The notes under the pieces are model-generated. The model was not told where the DNA came from. It made no database searches and saw only the letters and a program-made list of their open reading frames with translations. The translations under genes and the position numbers were made by a program. From a bacterium (lineage in GTDB: Bacteria; Patescibacteriota; Minisyncoccia; Phycocordibacterales; Phycocordibacteraceae), in NCBI GenBank assembly GCA_023269085.1, contig JAHFML010000002.1:65266-129265 (forward strand): DNA of 64,000 nucleotides, given 5' to 3'. Shown piece after piece: positions 46,594-55,331 of the stretch. Positions within the stretch are counted from its first letter, which is position 1; the number at the start of each line of letters is the position of its first letter.

Positions 46594-47664
46594 ATGGTAG
46601 CGAAGAAACATATCGCCCTCGCCTCGATCGCGTCCTTGGCGATCTTCTGCGCCGTGAGCGCGCTCGATCTCGCGGTGGTCGAGTATCGTTCGGCCGCTGC
46701 CGATGCGCCCGAGCGCTTCATCCCGCTCCCGACACTGAACAAAGCCGACTATGACACGCGCCTGCTCGCGCTCGCGCATCTGCCGCCGCTCGCAACCACA
46801 ACCGCGACCTCAACGACTTCGACCAGCTCACCGCAAGCTCCAAGACTTTGGCCGGTCAAAGCCGTCTACCCGAATGCCGACGCCATTCTGCCCTTCAAGC
46901 GCATCGTCGCTTACTACGGCAACTTCTACTCCAAGCAGATGGGCGTGCTCGGCGAATATCCTGACACTCAGGTGCTCGCGATGCTCGCGAGCACGACAGC
47001 GCTCTGGGCTGCTGCCGACCCCGCGACGCCCACGCTTCCGGCCATTCAATACATCGCCACGGTCGCACAGGGGACAGCGGGTAAAGAAGGGAAGTATATC
47101 TTGCGCATGCCCGATAGTCAGATCGACCACGCGCTTGCGCTCGCCGAGGCCGCGCACGGCGTCCTCATTCTCGATGTGCAGGTGGCGCAGAGTACCTTGC
47201 AACATGAGTTGCCACAGCTCGAGAAGTATCTCGCCTTGCCGCAAGTGCATCTTGCCATCGACCCGGAGTTCTCGATGAAGCGGGGCGACGCGCCGGGCAG
47301 GGTCATCGGCACCTTCGATGCGGCCGACATCAATTATGCGGCCGAGTATCTCGCAAGCCTCGTGACGAAGCACCATCTGCCGCCGAAGATGCTCATCGTG
47401 CATCGCTTCACGCACGACATGGTGACGAATTATAAGAAGATAGCGCCCTTGCCAGAAGTCGAAATAGTGATGGACATGGACGGCTGGGGCTCGCAGGCGA
47501 AAAAGAAGGGAACCTACAATCACGTCATCGCGCCGGAGCCGGTGCAATTCACCGGCATCAAGCTCTTCTATAAGGCCGACTTGAAGCCGCCCTCAACCGG
47601 GCTTCTCACCACGACCGAAGTCTTGAATCTCACCCCCGCACCGATTTATATTCAGTATCAATAA
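46594..47664 (+). CDS. Exported hypothetical protein (possible glycoside-hydrolase-like barrel)
   Basis: Signal/TM, Thr-rich linker, VAYYG..MGVLGE, LDVQ, LAIDPEF, MDGWG. Confidence 0.6.
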   Translation: MVAKKHIALASIASLAIFCAVSALDLAVVEYRSAAADAPERFIPLPTLNKADYDTRLLALAHLPPLATTTATSTTSTSSPQAPRLWPVKAVYPNADAILPFKRIVAYYGNFYSKQMGVLGEYPDTQVLAMLASTTALWAAADPATPTLPAIQYIATVAQGTAGKEGKYILRMPDSQIDHALALAEAAHGVLILDVQVAQSTLQHELPQLEKYLALPQVHLAIDPEFSMKRGDAPGRVIGTFDAADINYAAEYLASLVTKHHLPPKMLIVHRFTHDMVTNYKKIAPLPEVEIVMDMDGWGSQAKKKGTYNHVIAPEPVQFTGIKLFYKADLKPPSTGLLTTTEVLNLTPAPIYIQYQ

Positions 47665-47731
47665 CCAAAAACTTGCTTTCTCGGCGGGTGATGCTAGAAT
47701 AGCAAAGGAACAACTTGATAGGAGCGTTCTT

Positions 47732-48202
47732 TTGAGAAAATTCATAGCCAGCATTTCGTTGATAAGTACTGCTGCTTTTACGCTCGCCATCATCTTGCAA
47801 ATCGTATTGAACGACAGCAAGGTGGGACAGAGTACGGAAGCAAGAACAGCAATACATTTCAATGAACTCGCGTCGGTTCCGGTGACCGATATTCTTTTGC
47901 CGAAGCCGACATCATCGCGGGTCGTTGTTGCCTCGTGGTATGGCGAAGCCTTCCAAGGTAAGCCGATGGCGAATGGCGAGCCGTTCGACATGGACGAGCT
48001 CACCATCGCACATAAGACCTTGCCACTTGGAACACGGGTTCGTATCGAGAATCCGGAGAACGGGAGGGAAGTCATCGCGATTGTCACCGACCGCGGGCCG
48101 TATATCGACGGGCGGGAGATCGACTTGTCGAGACGATGCGCGAAGATGCTCGGCCTCTTGCGGCGGGGAACAGGCCTCGTCGAATTTGAGGTTTTGGCGT
48201 AA
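47732..48202 (+). CDS. rlpA: RlpA-like lytic transglycosylase (DPBB)
   Basis: ASWYG..F.GKPMANGE.FD...AHKTLPLGT, DRGPY..GR.IDLS. Confidence 0.9.
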   Translation: MRKFIASISLISTAAFTLAIILQIVLNDSKVGQSTEARTAIHFNELASVPVTDILLPKPTSSRVVVASWYGEAFQGKPMANGEPFDMDELTIAHKTLPLGTRVRIENPENGREVIAIVTDRGPYIDGREIDLSRRCAKMLGLLRRGTGLVEFEVLA

Positions 48203-48210
48203 CAACAACG

Positions 48211-48231
48211 GTGCAACACCTGGTGTTGCAC
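48211..48231. repeat. Short palindrome GTGCAACAC-CTG-GTGTTGCAC (family-C-like)
   Basis: Perfect arms, no T tract; lies before a separate terminator at 48238-48264. Confidence 0.5.
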
Positions 48232-48313
48232 AAAACCACGGGCGGCCTCACGGCCGCCCGTTTTCCATATTCGATACTTGTGCGCTTCGCGAGTGTGCTA
48301 TCATACGGCGCAT

Positions 48314-49042
48314 ATGGAAAATAATAATGAAATGAGCAACAAGTTCTTCTTGCCGGGTGCGGTCGTGGTCGCGGGGCTCCTTATCGCCGGAGCGGTGGTC
48401 TGGAGCAACGCGCATCCGACGGCGGCGACTTCTGGCGGTCAGCCCGCCGCGCCGAAGGTGAATATCAAAGATATCAAGATGGACGGCGACCCATTCATCG
48501 GCAAGGCTGATGCGCCGGTCACCATCGCCTTCTGGAGCGACTTCCAGTGTCCGTACTGCAAGGCGGCAGAGGTTGGCGGCGTCCCGCAGATCAATCTCGC
48601 GGCCGCATTCCCCGATGTCGTGAAGAATTATGTCGACACTGGCAAGGCGAAGGTCGTCTTCATGGACTTCATCTTCCTCGGTAACGACTCCATCGCGGCA
48701 GGCCTCTACAATCGCGCCGTGTGGAAGCTCTATCCGGATCAGTACTTCGCATGGCGCACCGCGATGTACACCGCACAAGACGAGGAGGGCGATAAGGGCT
48801 TCGGTAATGCCGCCTCGATCGACAAGCTCGACGCTACGATCGCTGGTCTTGATGCCGCGAAGATCGCAGAGGACGTGAAGGCGAACACGACCGTCTACCA
48901 GGCCATGCTCGACGCCGACAAGGCCGAAGCCTCGAAGCTCGGCATCAATGCGACGCCATCGTTCGTCATCGGCACCAAGCTTCTCCAAGGCGCATATCCC
49001 TTTGACGCTTTCAAGGCGGCGATTGATCCGCTCCTGAAGTAG
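48314..49042 (+). CDS. DsbA-family thiol-disulfide oxidoreductase
   Basis: TM anchor, G..DAPVTI..WSDFQCPYC, GINATPSF. Confidence 0.88.
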   Translation: MENNNEMSNKFFLPGAVVVAGLLIAGAVVWSNAHPTAATSGGQPAAPKVNIKDIKMDGDPFIGKADAPVTIAFWSDFQCPYCKAAEVGGVPQINLAAAFPDVVKNYVDTGKAKVVFMDFIFLGNDSIAAGLYNRAVWKLYPDQYFAWRTAMYTAQDEEGDKGFGNAASIDKLDATIAGLDAAKIAEDVKANTTVYQAMLDADKAEASKLGINATPSFVIGTKLLQGAYPFDAFKAAIDPLLK

Positions 49043-49044
49043 CT

Positions 49045-49755
49045 GTGGCCGTCATCTTCTTCTCGCTTGCGGCTTTCGTCGCCACCTTCGTCGGCGGCTC
49101 GACCGCGCTTCATTTCCGCGACAAGCTTCACCTTATCCTCGGCTTCTCGGCGGGCGCAGTCGCAGGCGTCGCACTCTTCGACCTGCTCCCCGAGGCGATA
49201 ACCCTCGGGACGAGCTATCACAGCGCAGAGACCGTCGCGCTTTTCGTAGCGTTCGGTCTCTTCGGGTATCTCGTCCTCGACCGACTGGTCCTCCTCCATA
49301 CGCACGAAGAAGATGATCCGTCTGCACGCAAAGGTGCGTTCGGCGCGCTCACGCTCGCGGCGCACAGCTTCGTCGACGGCGTGGCGATCGGCATCGGCTT
49401 TCAAGCGTCGAGCGCTATCGGTCTCGTGGTCGCGGTGGCGGTCCTGACTCACGATTTCTCCGACGGCATCAACACGGTAAATTTCGTCTTGCGCAACAAT
49501 GGTCGCCCGGGTCAGGCTCTGCGCTGGCTCATCATCGACGCGAGCGCGCCCGTGCTCGGCGCCGCATCGACGCTCCTCTTTGTCATCCCGCCATCAGCCA
49601 TCGGCCTCGTGCTCGCCGTCTTCGTCGGGACATTCCTCTATCTCTCAGCGAGCGACCTTATCCCCGAGAGCCATCACCGGCATCCGCGCGCCTTGACGAC
49701 GGTTATGACGATCCTTGGTGCGCTCGTGCTCTATGCCATCACCAGGGTGGTATAA
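49045..49755 (+). CDS. ZIP-family metal transporter
   Basis: GFSAG, DLLPEA, HSFVDG, HDFSDG, SDLIPESH. Confidence 0.88.
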   Translation: MAVIFFSLAAFVATFVGGSTALHFRDKLHLILGFSAGAVAGVALFDLLPEAITLGTSYHSAETVALFVAFGLFGYLVLDRLVLLHTHEEDDPSARKGAFGALTLAAHSFVDGVAIGIGFQASSAIGLVVAVAVLTHDFSDGINTVNFVLRNNGRPGQALRWLIIDASAPVLGAASTLLFVIPPSAIGLVLAVFVGTFLYLSASDLIPESHHRHPRALTTVMTILGALVLYAITRVV

Positions 49756-49765
49756 TTTCAATCGT

Positions 49766-50101
49766 ATGAAATTACTTTTCAAATGGTTCATCGCGACGGT
49801 CGCTATCGGCATCGCCGCCCACATCGTCCCGGGCGTCAGCGTTACGCCGACCAGCGCTCTGATCGCGGCCGTCGTCCTTGGCGCGCTCAATCTCTTCATC
49901 CGACCGATTCTCCTCATTCTCACGCTTCCGATTACCATCATCACGCTCGGACTCTTTTCGCTTGTCGTGAACGCGCTTCTTGTCCTCCTTGTCGCGCTCG
50001 TCGTGCCGGGCTTCTCGGTCGCGGGGTTCTGGCCTGCGCTCCTCTTCGCGTTCGTCCTCGCTCTCGTCAATTGGGTCTTCCACTTCTGGACGCATAGTTA
50101 G
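49766..50101 (+). CDS. Phage-holin-family (YvlD/DUF360) membrane protein
   Basis: LNLFIRPIL.ILTLPIT.ITLGLF..VVNA. Confidence 0.85.
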   Translation: MKLLFKWFIATVAIGIAAHIVPGVSVTPTSALIAAVVLGALNLFIRPILLILTLPITIITLGLFSLVVNALLVLLVALVVPGFSVAGFWPALLFAFVLALVNWVFHFWTHS

Positions 50102-50118
50102 GACATCCAGTGTCCTAA
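50098..50118. repeat. Family-D/C-like palindrome over a stop codon
   Basis: TTAGGACAT-CCA-GTGTCCTAA. Confidence 0.75.
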
Positions 50119-50130
50119 TTTTTCTAACAT

Positions 50131-50340
50131 ATGATTGACCAAGAACTCGCCGCAAAGCTTGATGAGATAGGCGCAAAAGCCGAGAAGGCGTATCAGGCCG
50201 CCGAGAAGGTGCGCAAGTATCTCTTCTGGACCGGCGTCGTCACCGCCGCGCTTGTCGTCATACCCGCTATCGGCCTCGCCTTCGCCGTCCCCCAATTCAT
50301 CGACACCTACACGACAACCTTAGGGGGTCTTGGGTATTAG
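50131..50340 (+). CDS. Small single-TM protein
   Basis: Amphipathic helix plus TM. Confidence 0.6.
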   Translation: MIDQELAAKLDEIGAKAEKAYQAAEKVRKYLFWTGVVTAALVVIPAIGLAFAVPQFIDTYTTTLGGLGY

Positions 50341-50414
50341 CGCTCCTGTGTATAACGTCGTGGATATTTCTGACGTGAGATATACTGTAAATATTAATTA
50401 AGCTATTTGAACCT

Positions 50415-50771
50415 ATGCCCCCAACATACACAGAAGAGCAGGTGTTCCCCGTTGATCAGTCAGAGCAGAAGCACCATCATCTGAAATGGCTTCTTGTTGT
50501 CCTTGCTCTTGTCATCGTAGGTTCTGTTTGTTGGTACTTCTTTGTCTATATTCGCTCAACGCCACCAACCGCAACACCCACCGCGGTCTCGACAAAGCCG
50601 ACAGAGGCAGAGATCCAGGCCGCTCTCACCAAGCTCGCTGGTACCTCAACACCGAAAGTGTCGCCGGTCGCGATCCGCAAACAGCTCGACGCACTCGCGA
50701 AGAAGGGTTCTGACACGAAACAGCCTACCGAGGCAGAGATTCAGGCCGCACTCTCGGCGCAGACCAAATAA
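50415..50771 (+). CDS. Membrane-anchored protein with 2x PTEAEIQAAL
   Basis: TM; internal duplication also visible at DNA level. Confidence 0.6.
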   Translation: MPPTYTEEQVFPVDQSEQKHHHLKWLLVVLALVIVGSVCWYFFVYIRSTPPTATPTAVSTKPTEAEIQAALTKLAGTSTPKVSPVAIRKQLDALAKKGSDTKQPTEAEIQAALSAQTK

Positions 50772-50784
50772 CTAGTTATTTTCT

Positions 50785-51267
50785 ATGACCTACAAAACAA
50801 CACTCCTAGGAATAGCTCTCGCGGTCTTTATCATTGTTGGTTTCAACCATCCGTCTGTTAAGGCCGCTCAGACCGGCTGGCTCTGGGGCGGCACGCCCTC
50901 TGCAGACGGAGCGTACCAAGGCATCGGCTGGATTGATGCGAGCGGTGTCACCGTCCCCACAACCGACGCTGATCTCTCCGGCTACGCCTGGACCCCCTAC
51001 TACGGCTGGCTCTCCTTCACCGCCTCCGACCTCGCTGGCTGTCCTGATGGCAACTGCCACGCCTATCGTCAAGGCTCTGCTATCAAAGGCTGGGCCAAGT
51101 TCCTCGCTCTCGGCACCAACGGTACTGCGACCAACGGCTGGGTCTCCCTCTCGGGTACTGGTTACGGTATCGGCTCTGCCGCTCCCTATGCCTGGTCAGA
51201 CGATCTTGGGTGGATCGATATCGCGGGGCTCATGAATGTGCCGACGGTGAATATTCAGTTCCAGTAA
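50785..51267 (+). CDS. Secreted Trp/Gly-repeat protein
   Basis: Signal peptide; repeated G(Y/W)AW/GW(I/L)S motifs. Confidence 0.65.
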   Translation: MTYKTTLLGIALAVFIIVGFNHPSVKAAQTGWLWGGTPSADGAYQGIGWIDASGVTVPTTDADLSGYAWTPYYGWLSFTASDLAGCPDGNCHAYRQGSAIKGWAKFLALGTNGTATNGWVSLSGTGYGIGSAAPYAWSDDLGWIDIAGLMNVPTVNIQFQ

Positions 51268-51302
51268 CATTAACATTCGTCGCCAATAAATAACCCATAC
51301 CC

Positions 51303-52166
51303 ATGAAAGAACTAACTCGTTCAACGCTCGTCACCATCGTCGCCTCATCGCTCTCCCTCCTCGCCTTCTACGCGATCAACGCTTCTGCACAATCAGCCTG
51401 GACTCCAGCTCCAGCTAACGCTCCCTCAGGCAACGTGGCAGGCCCCCTCACCACGGGCGCAACCGGTCAGAGCAAAGCCGGCAACCTTATGCTCAACACC
51501 GACGGCACCCTCGCCAACGGCCTCATCGTCGCGAATGGGAATGTGGGGATTGGGACAATAACTCCCACAGCAAAGGTGCATATCGATGCGAGTGCTGCCA
51601 ATACCACTGCATTGGAACTCGATACCTACGGAAGCAGCTCGTCCTCCGCGAACAGCATCCTGTTTAAAAATACGAACCAACCCGGTTTCTCGTGGCAAAT
51701 GGAGAATGCCTGGGATGGATCCTTCCGTATCGGAAGATCGGGAGATTCAGCTGCGGGTACATACCCGTTTTTTGTCCAGAAAAACGGAAACATCGCTGTC
51801 GGGGCAGCCAGTGCGAATAATTCCAAAGGAACCGGTGGCTACCTTGACGCCAAAGACGTCTACCTCCGTGACGCCGGGAAGTGGGCGAGTCAGCTTGGGG
51901 GTACTGGGAGTGCCAAAATACTACTGAAAAGTGAGTATATCGCTATATTTAGCGGGCATAGTACAGAACAGACACCGAATGGTTTTAAGCTCTGGATTGA
52001 CGCTAGCGGTAATGTGTTTATGCGGAACCCGAGTAAGGGTAATGTCATAAATCTGGGGGGACTTGGTACTTTTCAGGATCTTTCAAAGCCCTATATGCTG
52101 AGTAGTGTATATGTCAATATATATGGAGCAGGTTGGGGTGGCGAATATGCTGCTTGGGTCAACTGA
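51303..52166 (+). CDS. Secreted fibre/adhesin-like protein
   Basis: Signal peptide; WT.AP..AP.GNV..P; GNVGIGT and GNIAVG repeats of the kind seen in tail-fibre-like proteins. Confidence 0.6.
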   Translation: MKELTRSTLVTIVASSLSLLAFYAINASAQSAWTPAPANAPSGNVAGPLTTGATGQSKAGNLMLNTDGTLANGLIVANGNVGIGTITPTAKVHIDASAANTTALELDTYGSSSSSANSILFKNTNQPGFSWQMENAWDGSFRIGRSGDSAAGTYPFFVQKNGNIAVGAASANNSKGTGGYLDAKDVYLRDAGKWASQLGGTGSAKILLKSEYIAIFSGHSTEQTPNGFKLWIDASGNVFMRNPSKGNVINLGGLGTFQDLSKPYMLSSVYVNIYGAGWGGEYAAWVN

Positions 52167-52236
52167 TTTTTCAGCTCTACCTGGTTTGCACAACGCAGAT
52201 GACTTCTGCAGAAGTGCATCATGCTACAATGCGCGT

Positions 52237-52569
52237 ATGAAAGAGGTGAAAAAATCAACAGGAAACGAACCGACCATCACTGATGTGATGGCATCTTTAC
52301 AAGATCTAACGGAAGCAGTGCAGTCTGGCTTTGCAAAGCATGAAGCAAGGTTTGATCGTCACGAAAAGATTCTTGCGGCTTTGCACGAAGGGCAAAATAA
52401 TCTCACCGAGCGCGTCGGGGACATGGATCGACGACTCATCGCTACGCAGAGTCGCGTTGAAGATATCGCGGATATGTTCGAGAGCACGACCGATGTCGTC
52501 GATGAGAGCCGCGACCAGATTTTCGATCACGAGATTCGCCTCAAGCGGCTTGAGGAAGTAGCTGTGTAG
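52237..52569 (+). CDS. Hypothetical coiled-coil protein
   Basis: Start 6 nt after TGCTACAAT; heptads ending HEIRLKRLE. Confidence 0.6.
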   Translation: MKEVKKSTGNEPTITDVMASLQDLTEAVQSGFAKHEARFDRHEKILAALHEGQNNLTERVGDMDRRLIATQSRVEDIADMFESTTDVVDESRDQIFDHEIRLKRLEEVAV

Positions 52570-52571
52570 CT

Positions 52572-55328
52572 ATGGAGAATCTGCCGCGGCTATCGACGCC
52601 TGAAGATGAACTCGCGTATCTGCGAGCGAAGGTCGCCGAGCAGGAGGCGGCGCTCACGCAAGCGGGGGGCGCGCCCGAGCGCGCGCAGATTATTAGCGAG
52701 CACGTGAGCGCGCATCACGCCGCGCCGCGCGAGATACTCGCGCCCGAATATCAGATGAGCGCGGCGACCGCGACGAGCGAAGCCGAGGCAATCCTAGCCG
52801 AGCTCGATCTCGGCGGGAGCGAGGCGGCGGTGCGGAGCCTCGAGAAGACGATGGACGAAAAGGGCATCAAGAACGCACTCGCTATCCTCGAGCGAACCGG
52901 CGATCCGCATCTCGCCGACGACTTTCATCGCTTCCTGGTGCGCTATATCGCCGCCGGCCTGCCAGTCTTGGGTGCTGACGAGAAGGCGCCGCGCTGGCGC
53001 GCACTCCACATGACGCTTTATGAAATCGCGCTCCAGGGGCCAAAGGCGGGCGAGGACGCACGCAAGCCCTTGAAGGAGCTTATCTCGAGCATGGAACAGC
53101 TCTATGCCGGCATGCTCTCGGTCGAGACGGCGACGTCGGGCGAGCCGCAGTACATCGCGCTCGAGCTCGCGGTGCCGGCTGATAGCCCTGAGCTCCAGTT
53201 CTATGCCGCCGTGCCGAACAGTAAGCGCAATCTCTTTGAGAAGCAGCTCCTCGCCATCTTCCCCGATGCGCACCTTGTCCCGCAGATGGCCGACTATAAC
53301 ATCTTCGCCGAGGGCGGGACGGCGCTTGTCTCAGTTGCGAAGCAGGCCGAGCGCCCTGCACTCCCGCTGAAGGACTACAGCGACTTCGACTATGACCCGA
53401 TAAATACGGTGATGAACGCTTTTGCGAAGATTGAGCATAAAGGCGAAGGCGCGGCGCTCCAGATTATCATCGAGCCAAGGGGCGAGCAGTATGTGAAGCA
53501 CTATCGCAAGATCTTGCAGGCCTTGCGCAAGGGTGTGCGCAAGGGTGAAGCATTCGGCATTGCAGAGACCGCCGTCGGCGAAGTCTTCCAAGACCTCGGT
53601 AAAAAACTCTTCTCGGATAGTTCAAAAGATAAAGAGAAGGAGAAGGAGGCCGAGGCGCGCGGTGCCGAAGCGAACAAGTCGACTATCGAACAAGTCGAGA
53701 AGAAGATCGCCGCTCCTGTCGTCGCGGCGACCATCCGCCTCGCCGCCTCCTCGCGCAATGCAAATGTCGCGAGTCAAGTGCTCGGCGATCTCGAGGCGTC
53801 GTTCAACCAATTTTCAAATACGCAGGGGAATCGCCTTGAGTTCACCCGCACTGATGCAAAGCATAGCGCGCGCGAGCTTGAAGATTTCTCCTTTCGTTTG
53901 CCCGCAGACAAAACGCTCCCGCTCTCGCTTCGTGAGCTCACGACGCTCTACCACTTCCCGCCGTCCGGCATTATGAGCTCGCCCCATTTGAAGCAGTCGC
54001 GCTTCACCCACGCACCCGCGCCGCTCGCGCTCCCCGCGGCGGGGAATCTTCTCGGTATCAATTCGTATCGCGGCGCGACTACCGAGATCCGCCTCGCGCC
54101 TGAAGACCGTCTCCGCCATCTCTACATCATCGGCCAGACCGGCACCGGTAAGACCGGTCTCATGAAGAGCATGATTATTCAAGATATTAAGAATGGCGAG
54201 GGTTGCTGCTATATCGACCCGCACGGCTCCGACATCCTTGATGTGCTCGCGGCCGTCCCGCCCGAGCGGTATAAGGATGTGATTTATTTCGACCCGGCCG
54301 ATCTCTCGCGCCCCTTCGGGCTCAACTTCCTCGAGTACGACTTCTCGCGCCCCGAGCAGAAGACCTTCATCGTGAACGAGCTCCTCATGATATTCCGTCG
54401 GCTCTATGGCGACGTGCCCGAGAGCATGGGCCCCGCATTCGAACAATACTTCCGCAATGCGACGCAGCTCGTGATGGAGGATCCCTCGAGCGGCTCGACG
54501 ATGATGGATATCGCGCGCGTCTTCACCGATAGCGAGTTCCGCAAGCAGAAGCTCGCCAAGAGCATGAACCCTATCATCAACCAGTTCTGGCAGGAGATAG
54601 CGACCAAGGCCGGTGGCGACGCGTCGCTCGAGAACATCGTCCCCTATATCACCAACAAGTTCGACGACTTCACTGCGAACGACTTCATCCGCCCGATCGT
54701 CGGCCAGCAAGAATCCTCCTTCAAGTTCCGCGAGGTGATGGACTCGAAGAAGATACTGCTCGTCAATCTCTCGAAGGGGCGTTTGGGCGAGCGGAACGCG
54801 AACCTGCTCGGTCTTGTCATCGTAGGCAAGCTCTTCATGGCGGCCTTGTCGCGCGCCGATAACCCTCGCGCCGCCTTCGCGCCCTTCTATCTCTACATCG
54901 ACGAATTCCAAAATGTCACCACCGACTCTATCCCCGGCATTCTCTCGGAGGCGCGCAAGTATAAGCTCTCCCTCGCGATGGCGCACCAATTTTTGAATCA
55001 GATAGAAGAGAAGACGCGCAGCGCGGTCTTCGGCAACGTCGGCAACATGGCGATATTCCGCGTCGGCGAGGAGGACGCGGAGTTCTTCGCGAAGCAATTC
55101 GCGCCGGTCTTCGAGCCGCTCGACTTCGTAAATATCGAGAATAGAAATGCCTATGTGAAGATTCTCACGGGCGGCGTGCCGCAGAAGCCCTTCGACATGA
55201 AGACGCCCGACCTGCCGCAGGGGAGCCCCGAGCAGGTTGATGATCTCATCCACCTCTCCAGCCTGACCTATGGCCGCGACCGTGCTACTATTGAGACCAT
55301 GATTCGCGAACGATATTTATCTCACTAA
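52572..55328 (+). CDS. VirD4/TraD/TrwB-like (HerA/FtsK superfamily) ATPase
   Basis: RHLYIIGQTGTGKT, IDPHG, YIDEFQN, LSEARKY.L.L..AHQ, VFGNVG. Confidence 0.88.
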   Translation: MENLPRLSTPEDELAYLRAKVAEQEAALTQAGGAPERAQIISEHVSAHHAAPREILAPEYQMSAATATSEAEAILAELDLGGSEAAVRSLEKTMDEKGIKNALAILERTGDPHLADDFHRFLVRYIAAGLPVLGADEKAPRWRALHMTLYEIALQGPKAGEDARKPLKELISSMEQLYAGMLSVETATSGEPQYIALELAVPADSPELQFYAAVPNSKRNLFEKQLLAIFPDAHLVPQMADYNIFAEGGTALVSVAKQAERPALPLKDYSDFDYDPINTVMNAFAKIEHKGEGAALQIIIEPRGEQYVKHYRKILQALRKGVRKGEAFGIAETAVGEVFQDLGKKLFSDSSKDKEKEKEAEARGAEANKSTIEQVEKKIAAPVVAATIRLAASSRNANVASQVLGDLEASFNQFSNTQGNRLEFTRTDAKHSARELEDFSFRLPADKTLPLSLRELTTLYHFPPSGIMSSPHLKQSRFTHAPAPLALPAAGNLLGINSYRGATTEIRLAPEDRLRHLYIIGQTGTGKTGLMKSMIIQDIKNGEGCCYIDPHGSDILDVLAAVPPERYKDVIYFDPADLSRPFGLNFLEYDFSRPEQKTFIVNELLMIFRRLYGDVPESMGPAFEQYFRNATQLVMEDPSSGSTMMDIARVFTDSEFRKQKLAKSMNPIINQFWQEIATKAGGDASLENIVPYITNKFDDFTANDFIRPIVGQQESSFKFREVMDSKKILLVNLSKGRLGERNANLLGLVIVGKLFMAALSRADNPRAAFAPFYLYIDEFQNVTTDSIPGILSEARKYKLSLAMAHQFLNQIEEKTRSAVFGNVGNMAIFRVGEEDAEFFAKQFAPVFEPLDFVNIENRNAYVKILTGGVPQKPFDMKTPDLPQGSPEQVDDLIHLSSLTYGRDRATIETMIRERYLSH

Positions 55329-55331
55329 AAT

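Noticed and set aside
49766-50101. Prophage suggested by the holin-family gene
   Set aside because: YvlD/DUF360 proteins are ordinary chromosomal membrane proteins, and no phage structural genes are nearby.
50785-52166. Diversity-generating retroelement target
   Set aside because: No reverse transcriptase and no TR/VR repeat pair are visible in the window.
53814-55253. Long antisense ORFs (also 20418-21560, 34685-35779, 37307-38446, 3205-4194 and others)
   Set aside because: These are shadows of well-supported genes on the opposite strand, expected with high GC3, and show no recognisable motifs.
52572-55328. Conjugative element or ICE
   Set aside because: No relaxase, VirB4 or integrase is seen, and stand-alone VirD4-like ATPases are usual in CPR chromosomes.
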